Origin: an uncultured delta proteobacterium
Lineage (GTDB): Bacteria > Myxococcota_A > Polyangia > Polyangiales > Polyangiaceae
DNA length: 64,000 nucleotides
Assembly: GCA_963696385.1 (NCBI GenBank)
Contig: CAVOKF010000004.1
Location: 640,001-704,000, forward strand
Reading direction: 5' to 3'
The stretch's first letter is position 1, and each line of letters begins with the position of its first letter. Shown here piece after piece: positions 22,797 through 32,920 of the stretch. The notes under the pieces are model-generated. The model did no database searches. It had not been told where the DNA came from and saw nothing but the letters and a program-made list of their open reading frames with translations. A program made the translations under genes and the position numbers.

Positions 22797-24704
22797 ATGC
22801 GGATGCTATCGACTGGACGTCAAATCGTCGCCATCGTGCTCGTCGGCCTCGTCGCGCTCTCGTGCGTCCGTCTGGCCCGCGCCTTGTTCCGCAAGCCCAT
22901 CGGGGCCGTGCTACCGCTCGCATTTTGCCTGATGATCGGCGTCGAAGCCGTCATCCTGAACACGCTCGGCCTCGTTCATGGGGCGACCCCGACCGGGCTC
23001 GCCATCGCCCACGTGCTTTTCGTGGCCGGCGTGCTGCTCGGTGAGATCCCGCGAAAGGACGGGGGAGTGCGCGGGCTCTTAACCGAGTTGCGGCGCGCGT
23101 TGGCCTTCGGATGGCGAAGCCCCGTGACTCCCATGGTGCTGCCGATTTTCGCGACCTTGGATTTCGTCGCGATCGTCTACCCGCCCAACAACGGCGACAG
23201 CATGACGTATCACCTCGCCCGAGTCGTCCATTGGATGCAGAACGGTTCGGTCGCCTTCGTTCCGACCAGCGACTCGCGAGAGAACGTCCCAGGCCCGGGC
23301 GCGGAATATCTCGTTCTGCTTTGGCAATCGCTCACCGGCTCGGACCAATTCGCGAACACGGTGCAGACGACCGCGTTCGTCGTCGTGGTCGTGTGGATCG
23401 CCACGGTCGTGCGTTACCTCCGGGCGCCTCCGGCGCTCCGGCTTCCGCTCGCCATGCTTTTCGCTACGGTGCCGAGCTTTCTCCTCGAGGCGACGACCGA
23501 GCAAAACGATCTCTGCGCGGCGGTCGCTGCGCTCGCGGTCGTGACCGCCCTGAGAAACCCTCTGTTCGGCGCGACCCCGAGGCTCGGGTATCGCGACGGT
23601 ATCGCTCTCGGCCTGGCGATCGGAACGAGCTACCTGGTCAAGGGGACGGGCCTGATCTTCGTTTTGCCGCTCCTCGGCTGCGCCGCGGCGAGGCTTTTGC
23701 GTGCCGTACTTGTCGCTCGGGGACGCCAGCTTCTGCGCTGGGGAAAAGTAGCCGCGACCGCGCTTTCAGTCGTCGTCGTCGTGGCCGGTCCTCATTTGCT
23801 CCGAAAGGCGGTTGCTCACGGGCTCTTGGGGCCCATCGAGATGGAGGTGACCTTTCCCCTCTCGAGCTTCGGCTTACGACGATTCGCGAACCCGCTCTTC
23901 GCTTTCGCGCATCATGTCCCTCTCGATGGATTCAACGCCTGGCTCCGGCGCCTCTTCGATCGCGTGAGCAAGACCGACCCGCCGAATGGAGACCGTTGGG
24001 GGAGCGTCGACGGTTTTTATGCCGGTCAGGCGCTGACACAAGAGGAAGATTTTGCCGGAGCTCCGATTCAATTCGCCGCCACGTGGCTCTTTTCAATCCT
24101 CGGCGCGGTGTGGGCGGCACGTCGCCGCCCGGGCGCGAATGCCGCGCTCGCGACCGCCCTTTTGCCCCTCGCGGGATGGGTGATCTTTCATTGGGTGGTG
24201 AGAAATCAGGCATGGATCGCGCGCTATCATTCTCCGTGGCTCGCCATGGCCCCCTTATCGGCCTGGGGCGTCTGCCGATGGGCGCGCGAGAGCGCATCCT
24301 TTTGCAAAGGGTCCGCGGGGGCGGTGACGGCCGCGGCGGTGCTCAGCGTCGCGTATGGGTGGAGCACCCTCGTGACGAACCCGTTGCGGCCCGTCACGAC
24401 CGCCAACCTCGCCACCCTCGATCGCACTCACTCCCAGTATTTTTACGAGCCTACACTCGAGCGTGAGCACCCCGTAGTGCTCAAGGTGGCCGCCGACCGT
24501 CGCTGCTCGACGCTGATCCTCGGGTTTTTGCACGACAACATTTCCGAATATCAGCTCACCTGGCGAGCGCATGAGCGTGGTATCCGCGTGTACCACTTTC
24601 CCGGCCCAAAGGACGGCTGTCTTCTCTACGCGCCCGACGGCTTCGACGACCCCCATTGGAGACACCTCGAGGGGAATTTGCCCTCGATCTACGTGCCACG
24701 GTAA
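22797..24704 (+). CDS. Polytopic membrane glycosyltransferase, GT-C/ArnT-PMT-like
   Basis: Many TM segments; loop PPNNGDSMTYHLARVVHW, TEQND and LVKGT, typical of GT-C-like proteins; RBS GGAGG. Confidence 0.7.
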   Translation: MRMLSTGRQIVAIVLVGLVALSCVRLARALFRKPIGAVLPLAFCLMIGVEAVILNTLGLVHGATPTGLAIAHVLFVAGVLLGEIPRKDGGVRGLLTELRRALAFGWRSPVTPMVLPIFATLDFVAIVYPPNNGDSMTYHLARVVHWMQNGSVAFVPTSDSRENVPGPGAEYLVLLWQSLTGSDQFANTVQTTAFVVVVVWIATVVRYLRAPPALRLPLAMLFATVPSFLLEATTEQNDLCAAVAALAVVTALRNPLFGATPRLGYRDGIALGLAIGTSYLVKGTGLIFVLPLLGCAAARLLRAVLVARGRQLLRWGKVAATALSVVVVVAGPHLLRKAVAHGLLGPIEMEVTFPLSSFGLRRFANPLFAFAHHVPLDGFNAWLRRLFDRVSKTDPPNGDRWGSVDGFYAGQALTQEEDFAGAPIQFAATWLFSILGAVWAARRRPGANAALATALLPLAGWVIFHWVVRNQAWIARYHSPWLAMAPLSAWGVCRWARESASFCKGSAGAVTAAAVLSVAYGWSTLVTNPLRPVTTANLATLDRTHSQYFYEPTLEREHPVVLKVAADRRCSTLILGFLHDNISEYQLTWRAHERGIRVYHFPGPKDGCLLYAPDGFDDPHWRHLEGNLPSIYVPR

Positions 24705-24876
24705 ACGGAAATCGCGGCGATCGGAGGCGAGTTCGGTCGTCGGGGGCGCGGCCAGCGGTGTGGCAGCGTGCTTGCGCGAAGAGCGTGGCGTTCGGGTGCT
24801 CTCTCCATGCGCGAATCGTGCGCGTCCATCCGTGCAAATCCGGCGCGGGGAGGAACTCGTTGAATCCGGTTTCTTT

Positions 24877-25584
24877 TCAGCCGACGGCGTTAGCGATGCA
24901 GAGAAGGTTCTTGCCGAGTGGCGGTTCAACCAAGCGTTCCAGCTTAGCGCCCACCGGTACGACGAAGCGATCGTATAGCCGAGCAGCGGTCTCGTCGAAG
25001 CGCGACCGTCGAAGAACCCGTCCTGCCACAAACCACGGAATCACACCGAGGACATCGAAGTACCGAAGATGGTGCACCGAGAAACCGGCTTGTTCCACCG
25101 CACGCCAAAGAGACGACTTCGTATAACGTCGGTGGTGATGGACGAGCGCGTCCAGGGTGCCGTACAAGAAAGGGAGCGCCGGAACAAAGAGGAGGAGCGA
25201 TCCGTCTGGTTTGAGCAGAGCTCGCAGCTGCCGAAGCATCTCCTTGTCATCTTCCACGTGCTCTAGGACATTGATCAGTACGCACGAGTCGAACGACCTA
25301 GGCGCGAGATACGGGGTCACTGCCGCCAACGATCCCGCCATCGTCCTAACGTGTCTGCGACCCCCGAACCGATCTCGCAGCCGGGCCGCGAGGTTTTCGG
25401 CAGGCTCCACCAGAACGGCCTCGCTCGCTTCGTCTACATACCGGTCGGAGAGGTTTCCGATACCCGCCCCAACCTCGAGGACGCGCCTTCCCTTCAATCG
25501 TGTACGGAATGACTCGAGCACCCAATTCTGGTACCGCCGCATGTCGGCCAGCGCCTCGAGGTCCTGCCCGTCGTAGGATGGCAT
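24877..25584 (-). CDS. Class I SAM-dependent methyltransferase
   Basis: VLEVGAGIG, NVLEHVEDD and HHRRY. Confidence 0.9.
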   Translation of the reverse strand: MPSYDGQDLEALADMRRYQNWVLESFRTRLKGRRVLEVGAGIGNLSDRYVDEASEAVLVEPAENLAARLRDRFGGRRHVRTMAGSLAAVTPYLAPRSFDSCVLINVLEHVEDDKEMLRQLRALLKPDGSLLLFVPALPFLYGTLDALVHHHRRYTKSSLWRAVEQAGFSVHHLRYFDVLGVIPWFVAGRVLRRSRFDETAARLYDRFVVPVGAKLERLVEPPLGKNLLCIANAVG

Positions 25585-25595
25585 CGCGACGGTCC

Positions 25596-26438
25596 TCAGG
25601 GGTCCGACGACTGGCGGGCCCCCGCATCATCGGAGGAACGGCCGAGAGAAGCGCTTGAATGAACTTCTTCGACACCCTCCGAGAGACGGGTCGAGAGCGC
25701 CGCCGCAGCGGTCGGCCGGCGACCGGAGGATGAAGTCTCCCACAATAGGGCGAGCCGGCGCTTCAAGATCATCCGAAGGACCGCCAGTGCGTGGTGAGCG
25801 CGAATCTTCTTCCCTTGTTCGTAAGTGCGCCCGGCATAGCTGACCGCGACTTCGTAACTCGCCTCTGCGCGCGGTACGACCCGACTCAGGATTTCCGCGT
25901 GCTGCTCCCATCCGTTCGATTGCAGCTCATTGTGGTCAAGCAACGAACGACGATAGAGTAGATAACAACTGTATGTGTCCGTGAACGTCGTGTTGAATAG
26001 GAAGTTAAATATCAACGTCAACAGTTGATTGCCCTGCTTGTGCCAAAAATAATGCACGCGTGTCCAAGGAGACGCGAGCATTCGACTTCCGATCACGACG
26101 TCGGCATTGAACCGGATGACCGGCTCCATCAGCTTATGGTAATCTGCCGGGTCGTATTCGAGATCCGCGTCTTGAAAAAGCACGAACTCGCCGGTCGCGT
26201 GGGCCAACCCAGCGCGAACGGCCGCACCCTTTCCGCTGTTTCGCGGCTGCCTGACCAATTTGTCGTACAGCCCGACGTTTGCTTCCAACAGCGCAACCGT
26301 GCGGTCTTTCGACCCATCGTCGATGACGACGATCTCTAGCTCGATGCCGGGAAGCGACTGAGCCCTGACCCTGCGCAAAAGTTCGAGGATCGTTCGCTCT
26401 TCATTGTAGGCGGGAACGATGACGGTCACGCGAAGCAT
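25596..26438 (-). CDS. GT2 DPM1-like polyprenol-phosphate glycosyltransferase
   Basis: PAYNE, DDGSKD, GKGAA, QDADLEY and GSR. Confidence 0.9.
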   Translation of the reverse strand: MLRVTVIVPAYNEERTILELLRRVRAQSLPGIELEIVVIDDGSKDRTVALLEANVGLYDKLVRQPRNSGKGAAVRAGLAHATGEFVLFQDADLEYDPADYHKLMEPVIRFNADVVIGSRMLASPWTRVHYFWHKQGNQLLTLIFNFLFNTTFTDTYSCYLLYRRSLLDHNELQSNGWEQHAEILSRVVPRAEASYEVAVSYAGRTYEQGKKIRAHHALAVLRMILKRRLALLWETSSSGRRPTAAAALSTRLSEGVEEVHSSASLGRSSDDAGARQSSDP

Positions 26439-26617
26439 GTCATCCTCACCTTACTTCGTCTGGCCGGAATACGAACCGGGCATGTCAGCTCGGCAGGACG
26501 CGCGCCGCCGGCTCGGGGATTCGCCGTACCCTCCGATAGGGAGCACGCGTTGCGTCACGGACAACCATAAACTAGAATTCGGAACGACGTAAGTCGTCCC
26601 CTTGAGGAACTCGACCC

Positions 26618-28225
26618 ATGACGTCCATCGTTTCTTCGTCACGGCTCGTGGGTGGCGGCCGGACCCGCGTCAACGGAAATGCCGCGTCGACGCCCGTCCT
26701 GATGATCACGCCTCCTTCCGTTTTCCTGCTCGATGAGCGAGTATTCATCAGCCTCGGAATTCTCAAGGTCGCGGCTGTCCTCGAACAGGCCGGCTGGAGT
26801 GTCGAGCTGCTCGACCTATCGGGGATTGAAAACTTCGTCGACGTGGTCGATCTCCATGTGCGGAATTCGACTACACGCTTCGCTGCACTGACGGCGACGA
26901 CGCCGCAGCTGCCGGCCGCCGTGAAAATCGCCGAACGGATTCGCGCCGTACGGCCCGACATCCGCATCGTCGTGGGCGGGCCACACGTTACCCTGGTGCA
27001 TGCAGCGGTCAAGTTGGAGAAACGGGCTGGCCGTGTCGGGCGTGCCCATCGCGCTCTCGCCGGCCTGGAAGCCGTCTTTGACGTGCTCGTCGCGGGGGAT
27101 GGCGAGATATCCATCTTCGAGGCTCTTTCCGATAACCCGCCTCGCTTGATTGATGCGGACGATCCCAAAACTGGTTTGTTCATGAACGACGCCGTCTACG
27201 ATGCTTCGCCTTTCCCGGCGCGGCACCTCGTCGACGTGTCAACCTACAACTACACGATCGAAGGTCACCGTGCGACGAGCCTCATTGCGCAGCTCGGCTG
27301 CCCCTTTGGCTGCGGCTTCTGCGGCGGCCGCAATTCAAAGTCGCTTCGGATGATTCGGACAAGGACCACGCAGTCGATCGTCGATGAGATCAGGATGTTG
27401 CACCAGCGTTACGGCTTCACAGGTTTCATGTTTTACGACGACGAACTGAACGTGAGCAAAAGTCTCGTTGAACTCATGAATGGTCTGGCGGGTCTCCAGT
27501 CCGAGCTCGGCGTTGCATTCCGCCTTCGTGGCTTCGTGAAGTCCGAGTTGTTCACCGATGAGCAGGCTGCTGCTATGTATCGCGCGGGATTCCGGTGGCT
27601 GTTATGCGGGTTCGAAGCCGCATCGCCGCGCATACTCGAGAATATCAACAAACGAGCGACACTCCAAGACAACAATCGAGTTGTCGAGATAGCACGCAGA
27701 CACGGTCTCAAGGTCAAGGCCCTGATGTCCGTCGGTCACCCGGGCGAGTGCGAGGAATCGATACATGCGATCCAGGCCTGGCTGCTTGATGTCAAACCCG
27801 ACGACTTCGACTGTACAGTAATTACGACGTATCCAGGAACGCCTTATTATGATGAAGCCATCGAGCATCCGACGATCAAGGGTGCATGGACGTACACCTG
27901 CAAACGTACGGGGGACCGGCTTCATGCGTACGACGTCGACTTCACCCGCGTTGCCGAGTACTATAAAGGCGACCCCGACGGCGGCTATCACTCATACGTT
28001 TTCACCGATCATCTCTCGGGTGAAGAAATCGTGAAATGGCGCGACTGGGTGGAGCGCTCGGTGCGCGACAAGCTCAATATTCCATTCAACGCGGGTAACC
28101 CAGCGATCCGCTACGAGCATTCAATGGGACAAGGAATCAATAGCCTTCCGTCCTTCGTTCTCCGGACCAGCGAGAGTTCGACTGCCTCTACGCTCGTCGG
28201 AGTGAACGTTAGGTCGGGCGGGTAG
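26618..28225 (+). CDS. Cobalamin-binding radical SAM enzyme
   Basis: B12-binding N-domain (LGILKVAAVL, VGGPHVT, GDGE) followed by CPFGCGFC, FYDDEL, GFEAAS and YPGTP. Confidence 0.92.
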   Translation: MTSIVSSSRLVGGGRTRVNGNAASTPVLMITPPSVFLLDERVFISLGILKVAAVLEQAGWSVELLDLSGIENFVDVVDLHVRNSTTRFAALTATTPQLPAAVKIAERIRAVRPDIRIVVGGPHVTLVHAAVKLEKRAGRVGRAHRALAGLEAVFDVLVAGDGEISIFEALSDNPPRLIDADDPKTGLFMNDAVYDASPFPARHLVDVSTYNYTIEGHRATSLIAQLGCPFGCGFCGGRNSKSLRMIRTRTTQSIVDEIRMLHQRYGFTGFMFYDDELNVSKSLVELMNGLAGLQSELGVAFRLRGFVKSELFTDEQAAAMYRAGFRWLLCGFEAASPRILENINKRATLQDNNRVVEIARRHGLKVKALMSVGHPGECEESIHAIQAWLLDVKPDDFDCTVITTYPGTPYYDEAIEHPTIKGAWTYTCKRTGDRLHAYDVDFTRVAEYYKGDPDGGYHSYVFTDHLSGEEIVKWRDWVERSVRDKLNIPFNAGNPAIRYEHSMGQGINSLPSFVLRTSESSTASTLVGVNVRSGG

Positions 28226-28264
28226 CGTTTAGCCGATGCCCGTAAGTGGTGCGCGGCGACGGCT

Positions 28265-30451
28265 CTACGCGCGAATCGGTCGCACGGGAAACTTCGCGCC
28301 CGGCCGTTCCCGTGCGGACAGACTTCGCCGACGCCGACGATCCCAAAGTGCCAAAAGGGCGGGGCCCAACAAGCCGGCGCCCATCGCGGCGTACGCGAAG
28401 ATCGAGATGACGGGGCGGTAGACGAAGCGCACGCGATGACGGCCGGTCGACGCGATCCGGATCGCTTTGAACGTCTGCATGGACCGCTCGATGGCAACCG
28501 CTCTTCCGTCGACAGTCGCCGACCAACCGGGATCGAAATTGTCGACCCAAGTGAGATATCCCGGCTCCGCGTTCGCGATCTTCATCCTCAGCTCGCTGCC
28601 GTCGAAGTACTCGATGGTCGGTCCTTCCAGCTTGGCCGAATGTGCGGCGGAGTCGTCGAGAAAACTCGCTGCGTCCGGATGAAGTGCGCTGTGAAAGAAC
28701 ACCTTCTGTTGGCCCATGAGCCGGTGCCAATCTGCCGGCCGCGTGTTTTCGTGAAACTTCCAGTACGATTCGTAGTCGAAGGCCGCCGTCGGGACCGCCG
28801 TCAGGTTATTGGTCAGTCCCAGGGACCCCCATGGGTCCGGGTGCTCGTCGAGGCGATCCAGGGCGAAATAGTCGCGCACGAGATGGAAGAAATCCGCCTT
28901 TCTCTTGGCGTAATCCCACGCAGGGCCCATCCGATCGGAGCTGGCGCCCTCTGCGATGCCGGCTTGCGCGACAAGGGTGGCGACCGGCCGGGCCCACAGG
29001 AATCGCCCTTGGATGCCCGTGTCCTGGGTGACAATCGCGAGCACGATCCCGAGTGCGATCGTGCTTCCATGGCGCACCTCGGCCCAATTCACGGCGATGA
29101 CGGACAAGACCACCACGAACGTGAAGAGAGTCGACATGAGAAAGTCGAGCTCGGTCGAGCCGTCCGGGAAATTTTGCATATCGTATAATGCGTATTCGTG
29201 GTGAAACTGGTCTTTTACGAAATACGCCAATACTTGAATGACAAAGATCGAGCCAAACGCAATCCACGCCGAGCGCGCCATCAATCTCCGATCCTCGGTG
29301 GCTCTCCCCAACTGCTCGGCAAAGAAGCCGTATCCTTGATGAATGGCGATCGCCAGAACGGGCAAGGCGATGATCGTCATGCGCGAGAAGACGCGCATTT
29401 GGTTGACGATGGGCAGAAAGCTCCAGAGGGGCGCAAACCAATACGATCGGTAGCCGAGAATGAGAGTCAGAAGCCCGATGAAGGCAACCAGCACCCCGAT
29501 TTTCTCCTGGTTGTTCGGATGGCGCCAGAAGAAGAGCGCGATGAGAAAGACCGTGAAAATTCCTGGATAGAAGCAGCCCTCGACGGTGCAGATGGGCGGA
29601 AAGACAAGCCCGCCCACGAGGTCCACCATCGAGAATGGAAATGCGGTTGCATAGGCAAACTCGCCGCCCGCTCGGTCGCGGGTGAGCCTCGAGACGAAGG
29701 AAACGGCCGAGACGTAGGGTGCGGTCAGCAGGACGGGCGTCGCGATCAGCGAGATTTGCAGGATGAGACGCTCACTCCAGTTCGGCCCCGGACTTGCCCA
29801 ATGGAGATAAACGCCGTACGCCGCATAGAGAAAGAAGCTGTAAACGACGAAATATGGATAACCAGCGGTGATCTCGCAACACAGCGCGAACATCCCGAAG
29901 TAGACCGGGCGCAGGCGCGACTCGACGTGCGCGGAATGGATGGCGCCGAGGACCCAGGGGACCCATGCGATGGCATGAATCGCGTTGGGGAAGCGCATGA
30001 ATTCTCCTATCGACCAACACGCCGAGAGGATGACGGACGTGAAGAGCGCCGGGGCTGACTTTCCGTAGACTTGGTGGAGCCAGCGGTACGTGCCGAGAGA
30101 AAAGAGACTCACCCCGAAGACGGTGAATATTTGGTGAAACCAAATATTGTAATTACCGAACACGAGGCGCGCGGCGATCGGCAGGACATTGAGCGGGTAC
30201 AGCGGTGCCGCAAACGGATTGCCGAAAAAGGAATAGCCGCAAGCTTCCGCGGGCGACCACGTGGGAAAATGCCCATGCGCAACTAAATCGGCGAGGTAGG
30301 TCTTGTAGGAGTAATACAGATAATAAAAATCGTTGCCGACAACGAGGAGAGAAGTGTTCGGATAAATGAATCTAAAATAGTACAAGAATGGGAAAATAAA
30401 AACGAGAGTGGGCCCGATGTGGCGTTTCATGCGAATGGACGGGGGCATCAC
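28265..30451 (-). CDS. YfhO-like large membrane protein (GT-C fold)
   Basis: GNDFYYLYY..GHFPTWSP..CGYSFFGNP N-terminus, MRVFSR, and C-terminal FDPGWSATVDG...GRHRVRFVYRP, as in the YfhO family. Confidence 0.75.
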   Translation of the reverse strand: MMPPSIRMKRHIGPTLVFIFPFLYYFRFIYPNTSLLVVGNDFYYLYYSYKTYLADLVAHGHFPTWSPAEACGYSFFGNPFAAPLYPLNVLPIAARLVFGNYNIWFHQIFTVFGVSLFSLGTYRWLHQVYGKSAPALFTSVILSACWSIGEFMRFPNAIHAIAWVPWVLGAIHSAHVESRLRPVYFGMFALCCEITAGYPYFVVYSFFLYAAYGVYLHWASPGPNWSERLILQISLIATPVLLTAPYVSAVSFVSRLTRDRAGGEFAYATAFPFSMVDLVGGLVFPPICTVEGCFYPGIFTVFLIALFFWRHPNNQEKIGVLVAFIGLLTLILGYRSYWFAPLWSFLPIVNQMRVFSRMTIIALPVLAIAIHQGYGFFAEQLGRATEDRRLMARSAWIAFGSIFVIQVLAYFVKDQFHHEYALYDMQNFPDGSTELDFLMSTLFTFVVVLSVIAVNWAEVRHGSTIALGIVLAIVTQDTGIQGRFLWARPVATLVAQAGIAEGASSDRMGPAWDYAKRKADFFHLVRDYFALDRLDEHPDPWGSLGLTNNLTAVPTAAFDYESYWKFHENTRPADWHRLMGQQKVFFHSALHPDAASFLDDSAAHSAKLEGPTIEYFDGSELRMKIANAEPGYLTWVDNFDPGWSATVDGRAVAIERSMQTFKAIRIASTGRHRVRFVYRPVISIFAYAAMGAGLLGPALLALWDRRRRRSLSARERPGAKFPVRPIRA

Positions 30452-30623
30452 TCGTCACTCGGAAAGACGCGCGCAGGCATGGCGCGAAGGGAGGGCAGAA
30501 CGGACTCCCGCAGAGGCGATCGAGCGCGGCGGGGCACCGTCCATGAACGGGGTGGTACCCCGAGGCGCCCGAAGGCAGGCGCCGAGGCTCTCATGACTGG
30601 GCGCCTCCTTTACCATGTCGCGC

Positions 30624-31706
30624 TCAGCGCGACCGCCCGAGCTCCACGTGGCAGTCGTCTCCCACGAGCAGGTTGAGCGCACCTTGGCGGGTCTCACCGG
30701 GCTGCACGACGACGCGTCGTCCGATGATCGAGTCTTCGAGGCGCCCGATTTCACGGATGCGCCCGCCGTTTAAGATGATCGAGTGATCGACGCTTGCACG
30801 CTCGATGACCACGTCGTCGCCGATGCTGGTAAAAGGGCCAATGTGGGCGTCGACGATGCGGCTGCGGGCGCCGACGATGATGGGGCCGCGCAGCGTCGAT
30901 CGGACGATCTGCGACCCCGCCGCGATTCGCACGCGCCCCGATAGCCGACTCTCCTTGTCGACGGTGCCCTGGTTGTCGTGAACGAGCCAGTCATCGAGCA
31001 CCGTGTCGTTTGCGAGAAGCAAGTCGTCCTTCTTGCCGGTGTCGAGCCACCACGATTGCACGCGATTGAAGCGGACCGTGTGCCCCAATTCGATCAACAT
31101 GCTGAGGGCATCGGTAATTTCCAATTCGCCGCGAGCCGACGGTCGAATGCGTTCGATGGCTTCGAAGATCGCCGCCCGAAAAAGATAAATGCCGACCAAC
31201 GCGAGGTTGCTGCGCGGCTCCTTCGGCTTTTCCACGAGACGCGTGACGTTTCCCGATGCATCCACTTCGGCGACGCCGAATTGCGACGGGTTGGTCACCT
31301 CTTTGAGCATCACGGAGGCTGCTATCGAAGGCGAAGCCGCGAAGGCAGCAACGGCGTCGCGGATCTTCGTCCCAATCAAATTGTCTCCCAAGAACATGCA
31401 GAAATCGCTGTCCCCCAAGTACGCTTGCGCGGTCTTCACCGCATGGGCGAGCCCAGCCGGCCGGCTTTGAACCACGTAGTGCACCCGCGCCCCCCAGCGC
31501 GATCCGTCGCCGACCGCGTCGCGAACCTCGGATCCGGTCTCGGGCGAGATAATCATGGCAATCTCGGTGATGGCGGCATCGACGAGATTGTCGAGAACGT
31601 AAAATAGAATGGGCCGGTTGGCGACGGGGACGAGCTGCTTGGCCCCTGTGTACGTCAGCGGCCGCAGGCGGGTCCCGGATCCACCTGCCAAAACGAGTCC
31701 CTTCAC
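30624..31706 (-). CDS. rfbA: Glucose-1-phosphate thymidylyltransferase, long form
   Basis: LAGGSGTRLRP, KQLVPV, LGDN, EKP, RGELEITD and WLDTG, plus a hexapeptide-repeat tail. Confidence 0.95.
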   Translation of the reverse strand: MKGLVLAGGSGTRLRPLTYTGAKQLVPVANRPILFYVLDNLVDAAITEIAMIISPETGSEVRDAVGDGSRWGARVHYVVQSRPAGLAHAVKTAQAYLGDSDFCMFLGDNLIGTKIRDAVAAFAASPSIAASVMLKEVTNPSQFGVAEVDASGNVTRLVEKPKEPRSNLALVGIYLFRAAIFEAIERIRPSARGELEITDALSMLIELGHTVRFNRVQSWWLDTGKKDDLLLANDTVLDDWLVHDNQGTVDKESRLSGRVRIAAGSQIVRSTLRGPIIVGARSRIVDAHIGPFTSIGDDVVIERASVDHSIILNGGRIREIGRLEDSIIGRRVVVQPGETRQGALNLLVGDDCHVELGRSR

Positions 31707-32803
31707 ACAGCACCCCCGAGGCCCAGTCGTTCCCGGCGGTACGCGCCCGACGAAACACTCTCACACCATGCGCGGTTCTCCAGATACCAGCGGATTGTTT
31801 TCCGAATTCCCTGGTCGAACGAGTGGGCTGGTCTCCATCCCAGCGCACGTTCGAGGGCACTCGGATCGACGGCGTAGCGGCGATCATGCCCAGGGCGATC
31901 CGTGACGAACGAGATCAGCTCGGCATAACTGGCGATCGGTTGCGCCCGACGTGAGAGAGTTGAATTGGATGGCGGCGGGACGGCTTCATCGAGGAGCGCG
32001 CAGATGCAGCGCACGATGTCGATGTTCGTGCGCTCGCTCCGTCCGCCGATGTTGAAGGTCGATCCCGGCTGGGCCCGCATCAGCACCTCGAATAGGGCTA
32101 GGCAGTGATCCTCGACGTAGAGCCAATCGCGGACGTTTTGTCCGTCGCCGTACACCGGCAATGGCTTGCCCTCGAGGGCGTTCAAGACGATGAGCGGGAT
32201 GAGTTTCTCCGGGAACTGATAGGGCCCGTAATTGTTCGAACAGTTCGTCGTAAGCGTCGGCAATCCGTACGTCGCGTGGGTGGCGCGAACGAAATGGTCG
32301 GCGGCAGCCTTCGAGGCTGCATAAGGCGAATTCGGCGCATAGGGCGTGGCCTCGGCGAAGAGGCCGGTCGGTCCGAGCGAACCGAACACCTCGTCGGTCG
32401 AAACATGGAGGAACCGGAATGCCCGCGCCCGGGCCGGATCCAACGACTTCCAATACCCGAGCGAAGCCTGAAGAAGCTCGAAGGTCCCGAGCACGTTCGT
32501 GCGAACGAACTCCCCCGGTTCGTCGATGGAACGGTCAACGTGCGACTCGGCCGCGAAGTTGACGACGCCCATCGGGCGATGAGTTTCGAGAAGGCGCGCG
32601 ACGAGCGCGCGGTTTGCAATGTCGCCGTGGACGAAGACGTACCTCGGATCGCCCGCTACGGACGCGAGGTTTTCCAGGTTGCCGGCGTACGTCAGCTTGT
32701 CCAGATTCAGGACACGCCATCCCCGATCGATAGCGTGCCGTACGAAATTCGAGCCGATGAAGCCGGCACCGCCGGTAACCAGCAGCGTATGTTCAGACTG
32801 CAC
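31703..32803 (-). CDS. rfbB: dTDP-glucose 4,6-dehydratase
   Basis: GGAGFIG, AAESHVDRSI, STDEV, YAASK and DRPGHDRRY. The start is approximate. Confidence 0.97.
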   Translation of the reverse strand: MQSEHTLLVTGGAGFIGSNFVRHAIDRGWRVLNLDKLTYAGNLENLASVAGDPRYVFVHGDIANRALVARLLETHRPMGVVNFAAESHVDRSIDEPGEFVRTNVLGTFELLQASLGYWKSLDPARARAFRFLHVSTDEVFGSLGPTGLFAEATPYAPNSPYAASKAAADHFVRATHATYGLPTLTTNCSNNYGPYQFPEKLIPLIVLNALEGKPLPVYGDGQNVRDWLYVEDHCLALFEVLMRAQPGSTFNIGGRSERTNIDIVRCICALLDEAVPPPSNSTLSRRAQPIASYAELISFVTDRPGHDRRYAVDPSALERALGWRPAHSFDQGIRKTIRWYLENRAWCESVSSGAYRRERLGLGGAV

Positions 32804-32920
32804 GAGATCCGGATAGGAGACTATCGACCGCTCCGGCAGTGTGCAAGCGCGCGCGCCCTCGCCCATGCGGCGAGGACCGTGATCCGTGCCGCGCCCCTCT
32901 TTCGATTCGGCAACCGCGCG

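Noticed and set aside
19727..22800. tRNA-Arg as an integration site for the glycosylation island
   Set aside because: No integrase and no duplicated tRNA 3' end were seen; the tRNA 3' side leads into tadA, away from the island.
26437..26642. Short ORFs beside the radical SAM gene as possible RiPP precursors
   Set aside because: No RBS, they overlap neighbouring start codons, and the enzyme has no RRE/SPASM domain; there is no peptidase or transporter, and the context is sugar metabolism.
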